DNA of 64,000 nucleotides from Candidatus Bandiella sp. (GTDB lineage Bacteria; Pseudomonadota; Alphaproteobacteria; Rickettsiales; Midichloriaceae): NCBI GenBank assembly GCA_965229725.1, contig OZ245923.1, positions 994,992 to 1,058,991 of the forward strand, read 5' to 3'. Shown piece by piece: positions 10,064 to 21,295 of this stretch (position 1 is its first letter; each line of letters starts with the position of its first letter). The notes under the pieces were generated by a model. It saw only the letters and a program-made list of their open reading frames with translations, ran no database searches and was not told where the DNA came from. The position numbers and the translations under genes were made by a program.

Positions 10064-12475
10064 TTAGTGTTTTTGAAACATTTGGTTATGCTTATCCTCT
10101 GGCAAATTTTCACAAACTTTACCAGGAATAATTTGTATCTTCTTCTCTAGTGCATGCTCAATCACTTCATCAAAAGATTCAACGAGGATAATGTTCATAT
10201 TTTCACTTACTTCCTTTGGCATATCCTGCATATCTTTGTGATTTTCCTTAGGTATAATAGCGGTTTTAACTCCAGCTCTTAGGGCTGCAAGTAACTTTTC
10301 TTTTAATCCCCCAATAGGTAGTACGCTTCCACTTAAAGTAATCTCACCTGTCATTGCTATATCTTTTTTTACTGGTATTTCAGTAAATATTGAAACAATG
10401 GAGGTAGATATTGTGATACCAGCTGAAGGACCATCTTTTGGAGTTGCTCCTTCAGGCACATGAACATGAACATCGAATTTTTGAAATAAATCTTCTTTAA
10501 TTCCATAACTTTTTGCTCTTGAGTGAATATAACTATGAGCTGCTTGAACAGATTCTTTCATAACATCACCCAGCTTGCCAGTAATTTTAATATTACCCTT
10601 ACCTTTATACTTAACGGCTTCTATTGCAAGTAAATCGCCCCCTGCTTCAGTATATGCTAATCCATTTGTGATTCCAATTCGATTCTTTTTTTCAATTTCT
10701 CCATAATTGAATTTATGTGGTCCCAGGTATTCATTAAGTTTATCACTTGTTATGGATAGGCTTTTTTCATTAGTCATCAAGATTTTTTTGACGGACTTTC
10801 TAAATATTTTTTCAATTTCTCTATTTAAACTTCTAACTCCTGATTCTCTAGTATAATATCTAATTATATCCATAATGACTGAGCTATCAATTGTTAACTC
10901 ATTTTCGCTTACGGAATGAGAATCTCGAATTTTAGGAATTAAATGTTTTAATGCTATTTCTAATTTATCTTTTTCGGTATATCCAGACAATCTAATGATC
11001 TCCACCCTATCTAACAACGGGCTAGGTATATTTAGGCTATTAGCTGTAGCAACAAACATAACTTTTGATAAATCAAAATCAACTTCTAAATAGTTATCGT
11101 TAAAATTTTTATTTTGCGAAGTATCAAGGACCTCAAGTAATGCAGAACTTGGATCCCCTCTATAATCATTACCTAATTTATCAATTTCATCTAATAATAT
11201 CAGCGGGTTAGAGCTTTTTGCCTTTTTTAATGCTTGAATTATTTTACCAGGCATTGCCCCTACATAAGTTCGCCTATGACCTTTAATTTCTGCCTCATCT
11301 CTGAGACCTCCCAATGTTATTTTTGCAAAATTTCTTCCAGTTGCCTTTGCAATTGATTTGGCCAAAGAAGTTTTACCCACCCCTGGAGGACCAACTAGAC
11401 AAATAATACTGCCTCCTAATTTTTTAGATTTTATATTTACAGCAAGATACTCAATAATTCTTTCTTTAACTTTATTTAGTGCGTAATGCTCTTCATCCAA
11501 TGCACCTTGCGCTTTACTGAGATCCTTATTATTTAGTGTTAATTTGTTCCATGGTAATGAAATGATCCAATCAAGGTAATTTCTTATAACTGTCGCTTCA
11601 GAGGACATGGGATTCATCATTTTAAGCTTTTTTAACTCAGAATTGGCTTTTTCCTTTGCTTCTTTGCTAAGCTTAAGTTTAGAGATTTTATTGCTTAATT
11701 CAGCGAACTCTTCTTTAATATCTTCTTCTCCCAGCTCTTTATGAATTGCTTTTAATTGCTCTTGCAAATAATAATCTTTTTGATTTTTTTCAATTTGGGT
11801 TTTAACCCTGCTTTTTATTTTAGTTTCAGCCTTTAACAACTCAGTTTCTGAATTAATGTAAATCATTAGTTTTTCTAATTTTTTATTTACATCATCTATT
11901 TCCAAAATATTTTGCTTCTTTTCCAATGCTAAATGCACTTGAGAACACAACGCATTACAAAATCCAACTATATCCTTCATTTGAATAATATTGAGAAGTG
12001 ATTCCTGAGTTGATTTTTTGCTAAGATTTGAATATTCCTCAAATAAATCTGTAACAGCATTTCGCAAGACTAAGCTTTCCTGATCATTTGAACACGTATC
12101 AAGCAATTGTTTAATATCAGCTTTAATATAACCGTTTCTGCTAATGAATTTTATAACTTTTGCTTTTTCTAAACCTTCTACTAAAATTTTTACAGATGAG
12201 TCTTGTAGTTTTATAACTTGTAGGACTTTTGCTACTACTCCAATCTTATAAAGATCACTAGATTTTGGATTATCATTCGAGCCATCTTTTTGAGAAACTA
12301 AGAAAATTTTATTGTTTTTATCTATATTTTGCAAAGCCTTTATAGATTTTTCTCTACCAACAAACAGTGGAATGATCATTTTTGGAAACATTACAACATC
12401 TCTTAATGGCAATACTGGATACAAACCTAATTCTTCAGTAACTTTTGCTTTCATGATAATTTTATTTTTGTACAT
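10064..12475 (-). CDS. lon: ATP-dependent Lon protease (real start probably ATG 12454)
   Basis: LPLRDVV LON domain, GPPGVGKTS Walker A, catalytic PKDGPSAG and GGLKEK. Confidence 0.98.
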   Translation of the reverse strand: MYKNKIIMKAKVTEELGLYPVLPLRDVVMFPKMIIPLFVGREKSIKALQNIDKNNKIFLVSQKDGSNDNPKSSDLYKIGVVAKVLQVIKLQDSSVKILVEGLEKAKVIKFISRNGYIKADIKQLLDTCSNDQESLVLRNAVTDLFEEYSNLSKKSTQESLLNIIQMKDIVGFCNALCSQVHLALEKKQNILEIDDVNKKLEKLMIYINSETELLKAETKIKSRVKTQIEKNQKDYYLQEQLKAIHKELGEEDIKEEFAELSNKISKLKLSKEAKEKANSELKKLKMMNPMSSEATVIRNYLDWIISLPWNKLTLNNKDLSKAQGALDEEHYALNKVKERIIEYLAVNIKSKKLGGSIICLVGPPGVGKTSLAKSIAKATGRNFAKITLGGLRDEAEIKGHRRTYVGAMPGKIIQALKKAKSSNPLILLDEIDKLGNDYRGDPSSALLEVLDTSQNKNFNDNYLEVDFDLSKVMFVATANSLNIPSPLLDRVEIIRLSGYTEKDKLEIALKHLIPKIRDSHSVSENELTIDSSVIMDIIRYYTRESGVRSLNREIEKIFRKSVKKILMTNEKSLSITSDKLNEYLGPHKFNYGEIEKKNRIGITNGLAYTEAGGDLLAIEAVKYKGKGNIKITGKLGDVMKESVQAAHSYIHSRAKSYGIKEDLFQKFDVHVHVPEGATPKDGPSAGITISTSIVSIFTEIPVKKDIAMTGEITLSGSVLPIGGLKEKLLAALRAGVKTAIIPKENHKDMQDMPKEVSENMNIILVESFDEVIEHALEKKIQIIPGKVCENLPEDKHNQMFQKH

Positions 12476-12533
12476 TTATACATATATATATATCCTAATG
12501 GTTCTTTAACAAGTTTAAATTTCAAGCATTTGT

Positions 12534-13013
12534 ATGAAACTAGTTGCAAACCTTAAAATTAATATTTTCCTTATCGTAGTTATTTTAGCCAAATACATAC
12601 CATTTCAAGTTAATATTAAATACCAATATACACCAGAAATTTTATCACTATTAATATATATAATTTATTTATTAAGAAAGGATATGCTTGGTCACATTAG
12701 TATTTTTTTATTATCATTGCTTGATGATTTGCTAAAGCTGCATTATTTAGGAGCAACTATTATACAAAATTTTATATATGTTGTCTATATAGATACCTTA
12801 AAGAAAAAATATTCAAATAATATGTTATTTGATTGGCTTAGTTTTACCATATTAAACATTATTGTATTGCCATGTAAGTATGTTATTATGAATTTTTTTA
12901 AGAACGATGATATGCTCCCGCCAGATATAATATTAAAAAAAACTTTTGTCACAATAGCATTTTTCCCTTTAATTTATTATTTAACTAACAAATTTGTACT
13001 TGCCAAAAAATAA
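12534..13013 (+). CDS. mreD: Rod shape-determining protein MreD
   Basis: Hydrophobic 159 aa with PEILSL and LLDDLL..LG motifs, directly upstream of mrdA. Confidence 0.75.
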   Translation: MKLVANLKINIFLIVVILAKYIPFQVNIKYQYTPEILSLLIYIIYLLRKDMLGHISIFLLSLLDDLLKLHYLGATIIQNFIYVVYIDTLKKKYSNNMLFDWLSFTILNIIVLPCKYVIMNFFKNDDMLPPDIILKKTFVTIAFFPLIYYLTNKFVLAKK

Positions 13014-14753
13014 ATGCGTGATGAAAGAAATAAATATAAGATTTTCACAAGAAGAGCATTAGTTGTTGGTTTGACAAAAGGGGCGCTGATAAGCTGTTTA
13101 CTAGGTAGATTTTATTATTTACAAATTTTAAACTCCAGTACTTATGAAACATTATCTAACAGAAATAGATTAAGAGTCTCTTTAATCTCGCCCTTAAGAG
13201 GCAATATATTAGATATTAATGGTAAGATATTAGCTACTAATACAAAAATCTATTCTGTAATAATTAAAAGAGAATTTAAGAAAGATTTAAAAAATGTTGT
13301 AGAGAAAGTTAACAATGTAATTATTGATCAGAAAACTTCATTACCAAGAATTTTAGAGAAATCTAAAAATATTTCAATAAGCCAGTCAATGAAATTAATT
13401 GAAAACATTTCTTTGCAAAATGCAATTCTACTAGATTCAGATCCAAATTTAGAGGAAATTGAAATAATAGAAGAATATATTAGAAGATACCCATTGGAGG
13501 GTAGTGCATTTCATATTATGGGATACATTGGGAGTGTAAGTGTGAAGGATATAAATTCAGAAAATTTACCCAAGAATTATCAATTTTTAACAGGCAAGGA
13601 TGGAATAGAAAAGCAGTTTAATGATGTGCTCCAAGGCAAACCAGGCGTAAAGAAGTTTGAAGTAGATGCCAGGGGTAATTTTATTAAAAAAGTAGATATC
13701 ATTCCACCAATTGTTGGGAAAAACATTAATTTATCAATCAATAGAGATGTTCAAAATATCATTTGGAATCACATTGAGAATTATAATGGGGCAATTTTAG
13801 TATCTGATCTGATGAGGAAAAAAATAATTGGGATGGTTTCAAGTCCAACAGTTGATCCAAATATTTTTATTAATGGATTATCCAATGCAGAGTGGAATGA
13901 AATACTGCAAAATAAGCATCATCCTTTAACAAATAAATGCATCTCTACACAATATCACCCTGGATCAGTGTTTAAAATAGTTATGTTTTTATCAATTTTA
14001 AAAAGTGGTATAGATCACAGAGAAAAGGTATTTTGTCCAGGTTATTATAAATTAGGAAATAGAGTTTATAGGTGTCATAATAAATACGGCCACGGTAATG
14101 TTGATCTAGATACAGCTTTTGCAAAATCATGCAATGTATATTTTTTCCATCAATCTCTCAAAGTAGGCATAAACAGCATGAGTCAAATAGCAAATTTATT
14201 GGGATTAGGGCAAAAAACAAACATTGAGCTTCCTTATGAAATTGATGGTATTATCCCTAATGTTAACTGGAAAAGGTCAAAATATAAACAAAGTTGGTAT
14301 TTAGGAGATACTATTAATTCTTCTATAGGACAGGGTTACATTGAAACGACCCCTATTCAATTACTGCAAATGGTCTCTAAAATTGCAACAGGAAAAAATT
14401 TTAGTCCCTCAATAATCAATGATGAAAATGATGTTGCAAGTAGTGAATTAAAGATTAATCAACAGCACTTAAATATGTTAAGAAAGTCAATGCTTAGGGT
14501 ATTATATAAATCTAATGAGTGGGTCGATGATGAAGAATTTAAGATGGCTGGCAAAACAGGGACTTCTCAAGTGATATCAACTAAGCATAATACGGAGAAC
14601 GATCTTTACAAAGATCACAGCCTATTCGTTGGTTATGCACCGTATGATTCTCCTAGATTTGCAATTTCAACTGTTATAGAAAATGGTGGATGGGGATCAA
14701 GGACAGCGCTGCCAATTTCACGAAAAATACTCTATGATTTAAAAGATTTATAG
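13014..14753 (+). CDS. mrdA: Penicillin-binding protein 2
   Basis: PLRGNILD, SxxK (PGSVFK), SCN, GKTGT transpeptidase motifs. Confidence 0.95.
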   Translation: MRDERNKYKIFTRRALVVGLTKGALISCLLGRFYYLQILNSSTYETLSNRNRLRVSLISPLRGNILDINGKILATNTKIYSVIIKREFKKDLKNVVEKVNNVIIDQKTSLPRILEKSKNISISQSMKLIENISLQNAILLDSDPNLEEIEIIEEYIRRYPLEGSAFHIMGYIGSVSVKDINSENLPKNYQFLTGKDGIEKQFNDVLQGKPGVKKFEVDARGNFIKKVDIIPPIVGKNINLSINRDVQNIIWNHIENYNGAILVSDLMRKKIIGMVSSPTVDPNIFINGLSNAEWNEILQNKHHPLTNKCISTQYHPGSVFKIVMFLSILKSGIDHREKVFCPGYYKLGNRVYRCHNKYGHGNVDLDTAFAKSCNVYFFHQSLKVGINSMSQIANLLGLGQKTNIELPYEIDGIIPNVNWKRSKYKQSWYLGDTINSSIGQGYIETTPIQLLQMVSKIATGKNFSPSIINDENDVASSELKINQQHLNMLRKSMLRVLYKSNEWVDDEEFKMAGKTGTSQVISTKHNTENDLYKDHSLFVGYAPYDSPRFAISTVIENGGWGSRTALPISRKILYDLKDL

Positions 14754-14814
14754 AATTTTATTGTTGTTGATTTTTACCACAGGGCAATTTAATTTTTAAC
14801 GGTGTCCTCATAAA

Positions 14815-16097
14815 TGGTCCTAGTTGGTTGGACAGTTATGCAGCTGGTTAAAGGATAAATTCCATGGTTAAAATTAAGCTGCAAACTTGTTATTCTTTGG
14901 CTTTGAGCCATCAGAATTACCTCTATAATAAACCTCTTCTGGAGTAAGTTCAGCAAATGTTGAATGTGGCCTATTGTTATTATAAAATTCTAGCCAGTTA
15001 GCAATAGCTTCTCTTAATTGGACAACATTATCAAATTCCTGAAGATATATGCATTCATACTTTAAAGACCTCCATAATCTTTCTATAAAAACGTTATCCA
15101 TCCAGCATCCTTTGCCATCCATAGATATTTTTATATTATGGCTTTTTAAGATGTCAGTAAAGCTAATACTGGTAAATTGACCTCCTTGATCTGTATTAAA
15201 GATATCTGGTTTGCCATATAGACTCAACTCTTCTTCTAAAGCAGACAAGCAAAATACCACATCCAGAGTATTTGACAATCTCCATGACAACACTTTTCTA
15301 GAAGCCCAATCCATTATAGCCACCAAACACATAAAGCCCTTATTCATTGGAATATATGTGATATCAGTACACCAGACTTCATTCGCTTTACTAATAACTT
15401 TATCTCTTAATAAATATGGATATATTTTGTGCTGGTTATCCTTTTTACTAGTATTAGGCTTTTGATACACGGCACTTATTCCCATTATTCTCATCAACCT
15501 TCTTACCTTATATCTATAAGCAAATCCCCCTCTTTTTTTAAATGCATACTCATTTGTCTAGAACCATAAAATGGATGTTTTATATAAATCTCATCTATCT
15601 TCTTCATAAACTCCAGATTCTCAGCACTTTCACCTTTAGAATTATAATAACAGCTTGATCTTGCTACCTGCAGCAACTGACATTGCTTAGATATACTCAA
15701 TTTATCTTGATTACTCTTTATCATCTCAAGCCTCCATTCTTTCCTAGTTTTTCGTATACATCTTGCAAAAAATCCTTTTCAACTGTTAATTCTCCTATTT
15801 TTGCATGCAGTTGTTTTACTTGATGTTCATTTGACACTTCGGACTTATCGTGTTTACCAGAAAATGCATTGTTCATATTATCTAATGCCTGTTTCTTCCA
15901 CTTGCTGATCATATTTGCATTGATTCCGTATCTGGCTGATAGCTCGCTCAACGTCTCTTCCTCTCTGATTGCTGATAGCGCTACTTTTGTTTTGAATACT
16001 GCACTGTCTTTTTCTTTTTACTCATATCTTCCTCCGATATTTTTATTTTTTTATATCAGAATTTATCCTTATACTCCTGTCCAACTATCTAGGACCA
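14815..16097 (-). mobile_element. IS3-family element, 1283 bp, with frameshifted orfA and orfB
   Basis: 21-bp IRs TGGTCCTAGTTGGTTGGACAG (14815-14835) and TGGTCCTAGATAGTTGGACAG (16097-16077). DDE core WCTDITY, NTDQG, ERLWRSLKYE. orfA is broken near 16005 and orfB near 15510. No target duplication seen. Confidence 0.95.
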
Positions 16098-16100
16098 CCT

Positions 16101-16191
16101 ATGGGCTTATACCAAACATTTCTGCCACTTTTACGAAGCTCAGCTTTTCTTTTTATCTTCATTATTTTTTTCTTATATGCAGTGAATACAT
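16101..16191 (-). mobile_element. IS630-family N-terminal (HTH) remnant
   Basis: MYSLHIRKKIMKIKEK.. followed by frameshifted SFVKVAEMFGISP, cut by the IS3 left end. Confidence 0.6.
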
Positions 16192-16254
16192 CTATTTATT
16201 TTATCCATATATCTACCACCATTATAATACTTTTATACTGGTTTGGCTATAATA

Positions 16255-16273
16255 CTGTCCAACCATTGGAGCA
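16255..16273. repeat. Solo IS3-type inverted repeat
   Basis: CTGTCCAACCATTGGAGCA resembles the IR CTGTCCAACCAACTAGGACCA. Confidence 0.5.
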
Positions 16274-16280
16274 TCTCCTG

Positions 16281-16769
16281 TTAGTGTTTTGAGTTATCGA
16301 AAGGTTCTGAACATAGAGTGATTTCCCCATCATTTGTTGGCAATTTTTTATCAGATGATTGTATTTTATCGACTGAATTCCACGAAATATTTTTATAAGA
16401 TTTTTCATCACGATCCCAAATTAAATAAGTTATTAGCTCTTCACCAGGATAATAATCTATTGCCCAACTGCCGATAAGTTTTTTATCAAATCTATGCCAA
16501 GTCACAATGATGGTGTCATTGGACATTACCTCTCCCTTTATAGGTTTTATAATTTTAAGCCAGGCCTGGTATTTAATGGCACTTTTAACATAACCAACTT
16601 TTGCCACTCCAATAACCTTCACTCTAGCTATGACAGTACTTTCTTTAAGTAATTGTTCCTTAGAAAGAGGAGCTGGCAAAGCATTTGAAATGGTGGTGTA
16701 TAGGCTAAGGAATATTATAGGTGGTAGAAAAAAGATAATTTTATAAAATTTTTTTGAAAAATAGGCCAT
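16281..16769 (-). CDS. Exported hypothetical protein (162 aa)
   Basis: Signal peptide ending SNA-LP; beta-rich mature part. Confidence 0.7.
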   Translation of the reverse strand: MAYFSKKFYKIIFFLPPIIFLSLYTTISNALPAPLSKEQLLKESTVIARVKVIGVAKVGYVKSAIKYQAWLKIIKPIKGEVMSNDTIIVTWHRFDKKLIGSWAIDYYPGEELITYLIWDRDEKSYKNISWNSVDKIQSSDKKLPTNDGEITLCSEPFDNSKH

Positions 16770-16793
16770 CCTAGCTATTTTATTCCATATTGG

Positions 16794-17684
16794 TTAAGAT
16801 AATATTGTATTGAATATGGTGGAAAAAATCAATTTAACATTATCCGTGTACTCCATTAATTTTTCTAATTTAGATGCTGGCTTAACTAAATTATAATTTT
16901 TCACTTCTAAATTTTTAAGATTTTCTTTACTTTTAAGCCATTTCACAGCATCAGCACCATCACCTATTTGATCAATAAGCTTTAGCCTGTTTGCTTTACT
17001 GCCAGTGAAAATTCTTCCATCAGATACTTTTTTTAGGTCCTCTTCTGATAAATCTCTTCTTTTCTTCACCAGTCCTACAAAATATTTATTTGATTCATCA
17101 ACTAAACTTTGTATGTATTCTTTTTGCTGGTAATTCAGTTTTTCAAAATAATTAGGAATACCTTTTAAGGGAGCGGATTTTATTAATTCAAGATTTATTC
17201 CATGTTTTTTTGCAAATTCGCCCACTTCAACATTAATTATTATTACACCTATTGAGCCAACGAGGCTAATGTCATACGCATATATTCTGTCTGTGCCTAT
17301 TGCAGCCATGTATGCAGCAGATGCACCTATCTCACCAATTGAAGCAACAATAGGCTTTTTCTCTGCAATTTTTCTAAATTCTCTGTATAGTGACTCACCA
17401 CCTACTCCAGTTCCACCTGAACTATTAATATTTACTAAAACTGCTTTTATGTTGCTATCATTTGCAATTTTATTTAAAGATTTAATAGTTTCTTTGTTTT
17501 GCACAAGCATGCCTGTTATATCAATACTTGCAATGTAGTCTGATTTTATTCCAGATACACCGTCACCTTTATGATAGAAAATCGTAAATAAGGCAATAAG
17601 CAACAAGATTAAGGCGATGAATTTCCACTTATTAATACTATTCTTGAGCTTATATCTGTCTATTATATAATCGTCCCCAATCAT
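16794..17684 (-). CDS. sppA: Signal peptide peptidase SppA (S49)
   Basis: INSSGG, GASAAY, GSIGV motifs; N-terminal TM. Confidence 0.92.
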   Translation of the reverse strand: MIGDDYIIDRYKLKNSINKWKFIALILLLIALFTIFYHKGDGVSGIKSDYIASIDITGMLVQNKETIKSLNKIANDSNIKAVLVNINSSGGTGVGGESLYREFRKIAEKKPIVASIGEIGASAAYMAAIGTDRIYAYDISLVGSIGVIIINVEVGEFAKKHGINLELIKSAPLKGIPNYFEKLNYQQKEYIQSLVDESNKYFVGLVKKRRDLSEEDLKKVSDGRIFTGSKANRLKLIDQIGDGADAVKWLKSKENLKNLEVKNYNLVKPASKLEKLMEYTDNVKLIFSTIFNTILS

Positions 17685-17689
17685 TTGTT

Positions 17690-19033
17690 TTAACTTTTAT
17701 TTTCTTCCTTCACTTTTTTTAGCACCTCACTATTTTGAATGACCTTAGGCAAATTACCAATCAAGTTGTATATTTCAAACAAGGATACTTTGTATTTTGC
17801 TTCTTTTTGCAATCTATCTAGAGTACTTGCATTATATTTTTTTTGCACCTCAATAACATCCATAATTGTTCTAGCGCCAACATCAAATTCAGCTTGAGCG
17901 CTTGTATAAGTTTGATAGTAATTATCCTCAGAAACACGTGCAGATTCGTATATACTGTCACTTGATATATATTTATTCCAAGTACTTACTGCATCAGATT
18001 TGATTTTATAAACTATATCCCTCACGCTAAACTCAGTGGCTTTGCTTCTCTTTTTTGCTTCTGAAATTTCTAAATATTGTATGCCCCCCTTGTATAGCAA
18101 TGGAATGTTAACCCCAACTCCGTATGTGTTGCCTTTAAATGAATCTTGCAGGGGAGTATTGTCAGACTGCTTTGATTTCGCGGCATTTGCAAATAAATTT
18201 ACTCGTGGCAACAAACCAGATGCTGCAATATTTATTCCTTGTTTTGATGCTTTGAAATCATTTTTTGCTTTTATTAAATCTGGATTTTGAGTGTTTACCA
18301 AAATTGTGAACTCATCAAAATTTTTAATCTTTGTATATGCTGTAATATCAATTTGCTCCATAATTTTAGGAGCTTCCTCTCCAACAAGATATTGAAAATT
18401 TGACTCAGTTTGAATTTTCCCCACAGAATATTCTTCTAGATTACTTTTCATAGAGGCTAGATTAGCTTTTGCCAAAAATAATGAGGTTTTTGTTTCAGCT
18501 CCAGTTTTCACTGTTATTGTAGCTTTTTCAACGCTTTTCCTAGCCATGTCAACATTTGTTTGCTGAACTTTAACAAGCTCTCTATACGTTAAAACATTTT
18601 GATAACTTTGAATTGTTTTTAATATTATGTCGTTTAAAGCTTTGCTATATGTCTGATATGCAGAGTTTATTTTTGCATCAGCTGCTGCAATTTTTGCAAT
18701 TGTGGAGCCACCTGTAAAAATATCTTGCTGAATACTCAATCCAAACGACTCTTTATTAAATGACGATTGACCATTATATTGAACACTATTAGGGTTACTT
18801 GGGATATAAAATGTTTTATTTAACTCTATATTTATAGTTGGTAAAAATTCTGTTGCAGCTTTTGGCTTTTCTAAAATTGCAATCTCCAATTTCTTTTTCT
18901 CTACTTGCAATCCTTCATTGTTTGACAAAGCTGAATTGACTGCATCTTTTAAGTTATATGCTCCTGCAAAAGCAACATTAGATATAAAAAATAACGTAAG
19001 TGCGACTTTTTTCAAAAAATTGTTTCGGTTCAT
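17690..19033 (-). CDS. tolC: TolC-family outer membrane channel
   Basis: Signal peptide, two OEP repeats (FLPTI..QDIFTGG; LLPRVNL..PLLYKGG), EFDVGARTIMDV. Confidence 0.92.
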   Translation of the reverse strand: MNRNNFLKKVALTLFFISNVAFAGAYNLKDAVNSALSNNEGLQVEKKKLEIAILEKPKAATEFLPTINIELNKTFYIPSNPNSVQYNGQSSFNKESFGLSIQQDIFTGGSTIAKIAAADAKINSAYQTYSKALNDIILKTIQSYQNVLTYRELVKVQQTNVDMARKSVEKATITVKTGAETKTSLFLAKANLASMKSNLEEYSVGKIQTESNFQYLVGEEAPKIMEQIDITAYTKIKNFDEFTILVNTQNPDLIKAKNDFKASKQGINIAASGLLPRVNLFANAAKSKQSDNTPLQDSFKGNTYGVGVNIPLLYKGGIQYLEISEAKKRSKATEFSVRDIVYKIKSDAVSTWNKYISSDSIYESARVSEDNYYQTYTSAQAEFDVGARTIMDVIEVQKKYNASTLDRLQKEAKYKVSLFEIYNLIGNLPKVIQNSEVLKKVKEENKS

Positions 19034-19216
19034 GTAAATATTTCATAGTGTATATAGAGATAATATATAGTAACAATAGCGAATTTCCAATACCTTTATT
19101 AAAATAAAAATAATTTTAGTAGCTACTAAAGATACTGCATATACGATTGGCTTATCTACAGAGATATAATTAATACTAAAATACAAAATTATCATGTTAG
19201 CAATAGCTGTTCCTAA

Positions 19217-19357
19217 GGGAGTGTTGACTCAACTGTGACATGCCAATTTTTCTACTACAGAAAAATCATATTTCTTATTCATGTTAAATCCTAGCCTATC
19301 AGGGAACATAATGCCAAGTTGTGATATGGTTAAAGCCCAATCTGGCATTGGCATACT
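19217..19357 (-). mobile_element. IS256-family 3' end remnant with right IR
   Basis: SMPMPDWALTISQLGIMFPDRL; IR GGGAGTGTTGACTCAACTGTG; similar to 63850-63988. Confidence 0.85.
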
Positions 19358-19465
19358 GAAGTGACCCCGCAAGTCGTCAGACCAAAATCGACTCAAAAAG
19401 AGAAACAATTTATTAGTAAAATACTATCACATTTTAACCTCCTGAACAATATTAAAACCCTTAAT

Positions 19466-19604
19466 TGTGCAAGTTCAATACATATTGGACTAATGAGCAA
19501 GGCCATTATATTTCTCAATATACTCAAAAGGAGTAAGAAAATCTATAGATTGATGAGGTCTAACATAATTATACCAACGCATCCATTTAGGAATATTAGA
19601 CTTT
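19466..19604 (-). mobile_element. IS481-like 3' end remnant
   Basis: Minus strand KWMRWYNYVRPHQSIDFLTPFEY*, ending in ..TGTATTGAACTTGCACA (TGT..ACA-type end). Confidence 0.75.
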
Positions 19605-20107
19605 ACCTTAGTTCGGAGTTTTAGAAAGCAACTTTAGAGCAGATATCTTGAGAGGTTCGATAGTGTAGGCAGCAAGAGTGGCAAGCAAGTGAGATAGAGC
19701 GTTAATAATAGAGCGATGCCTAGTATGCCATATTTGATAATGATGTTTTAGATGATCAAATACAGTTTCAATAATACAGCGTTGATTTAGTAGCTGCTTT
19801 TCCAATGCAGTTATAGGCTCTGCATCCCTTGATAATCCTTCATATTTTTACGTTTTCTAGTAATAAGTTTCAATGCTCCTTCCATAAGCTCTTCTGATAA
19901 TTTTTTACCAATATAGCCCTTATCTCCAAAAGCCAACTCCTTTAATTTTGAAAGAAGTGGATAGGCAGCTTTTACACCACTGATATTTCCCTTTGTAATT
20001 TTGAAGGCAATTAATTATCCTTCATTGTTAATAACTAAATATAATTTTAGGCCAAAAAACCATCCTACGGATGTTTTCCCATATTCAGATGTTCCATTAA
20101 ATACTTT
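19605..20107 (-). mobile_element. IS982-family 3' half remnant
   Basis: GKTSVGWFFG, GDKGY, RCIIETVFDHLK, RHRS; end ACCTTAGTTCGGAG; near-identical to 30500-31003. Confidence 0.9.
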
Positions 20108-20911
20108 GTCCCTCTCACTTCAATAATCTTTGTCGACACACCAAAAGATATGTGCCTAAAAATATCTTCTACAGCCTTGCCTCTATTGGGAATATGTTCA
20201 TTAAACATTATAGTTATAGAGGAAGGAACGTCACCACTCATTGTTGACAAGTGATGTTTTACAGTTTCTCCATTACAGTTATTCAATTGCATTTCTGAGG
20301 ATTGTGCCCGATTATTAGAAGGGAATGATGTTATTGATACAGTGTCAGAAGAAGAGATGTTTCCCACAAGCTCAACCACTAAATTGAAATAGTCAATTGA
20401 TACAGTATAATATTTTGGTTCGAAAGTCCAAACATCATCTTTTTGCGCGTATGTGGTTATAGCGAGATGGGCTCCACCTGTCATTTCTTCATCATGGTAA
20501 TTTAAATAATTATTATCACCTACTTTATTTATAATGTTAAAGCCATAACCTGATTGTTTTACGCACCATAAGGCTGAGGCGTCGTAATCACCGAACCCTG
20601 CCTCTGCGATTACTTGAAAGTCATAAGCATGGAGCCAGCTTATATAATCATGAGTTCTCACTAAACTCATGAATAACGGGGGCTGATCAAAGAGTATGCT
20701 ACAGTAATCAGGCGTTTATGGGTTGTCATAAAAATAGCAGGTGGTAACGTCTATGTCGCCTTTCACTAATCCGACAAGAACAGCGTTTTTATCTTGCGCA
20801 TAAATTAAAACTCCTTTTTGGCTATTGCCATTCAATATGTTATAAGCTTGATTTGTAAAAAAAATTAATTGGATTACCACTGCAATCTGTCATTTGTTGA
20901 AATTCTGTCAT
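20108..20911 (-). pseudogene. Hypothetical gene with a frameshift, a nonsense codon and IS982 truncation (ORF 20065..20670 is its surviving part)
   Basis: RBS plus ATG at 20911 (MTEFQQMTDCSGNPINFF). Shift in an A8 run near 20860, TAA near 20717. The last residues KYLMEHLNMGKHP are IS982 read out of frame. Confidence 0.7.
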
Positions 20912-21070
20912 TGCTCCACCCTCATTTGTTAATAGAAATAAATGCTAAGGTAGAATATTTTTATTTACAACTAATTTATATGGTTAAAAGTAAAATTTAA
21001 ATTTGCTTTGAGCATGATGCACCATTTTTTTTATAATCTACGAAAACTGCATTGATTAATTACTTCTATA

Positions 21071-21120
21071 ACCTCCGTTCGGAGTTTCATAATTGCCACA
21101 ATAAATTATATCCTAGCAAT
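21071..21120 (-). mobile_element. Possible second, diverged IS982-type end
   Basis: ACCTCCGTTCGGAGTTT resembles ACCTTAGTTCGGAGTTT at 19605; the minus strand reads LLGYNLLWQL*. Confidence 0.4.
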
Positions 21121-21150
21121 TTAAAAAATTATAATGAACATACATTGTTA

Positions 21151-21295
21151 AAGCAATATCTGGCTGCAATGGCTTCTCTTAAGCACAATCCTAAACTTAA
21201 ATCTTTTTATGATCATTTAATTGCTAACCATAAACCACCTAAAGTAGCCCTTGTTGCTCCTAAGCGTAAGCTTCTTGCCTTTATGCACGCTATCC
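21151..21295 (+). mobile_element. IS110-family transposase C-terminal fragment
   Basis: YLAAMASLKHNPKLKSFYDHLIANHKPPKVALVA..RKLLAFMHAI. Confidence 0.8.

Noticed and set aside
14800-16110. Target-site duplication around the IS3 copy
   Set aside because: Flanks (..TAAA and CCTA..) do not match, so the exact outer boundary is uncertain by a few nt
19361-19624. 87-aa plus-strand ORF
   Set aside because: Mostly antisense to the IS481 and IS982 remnants
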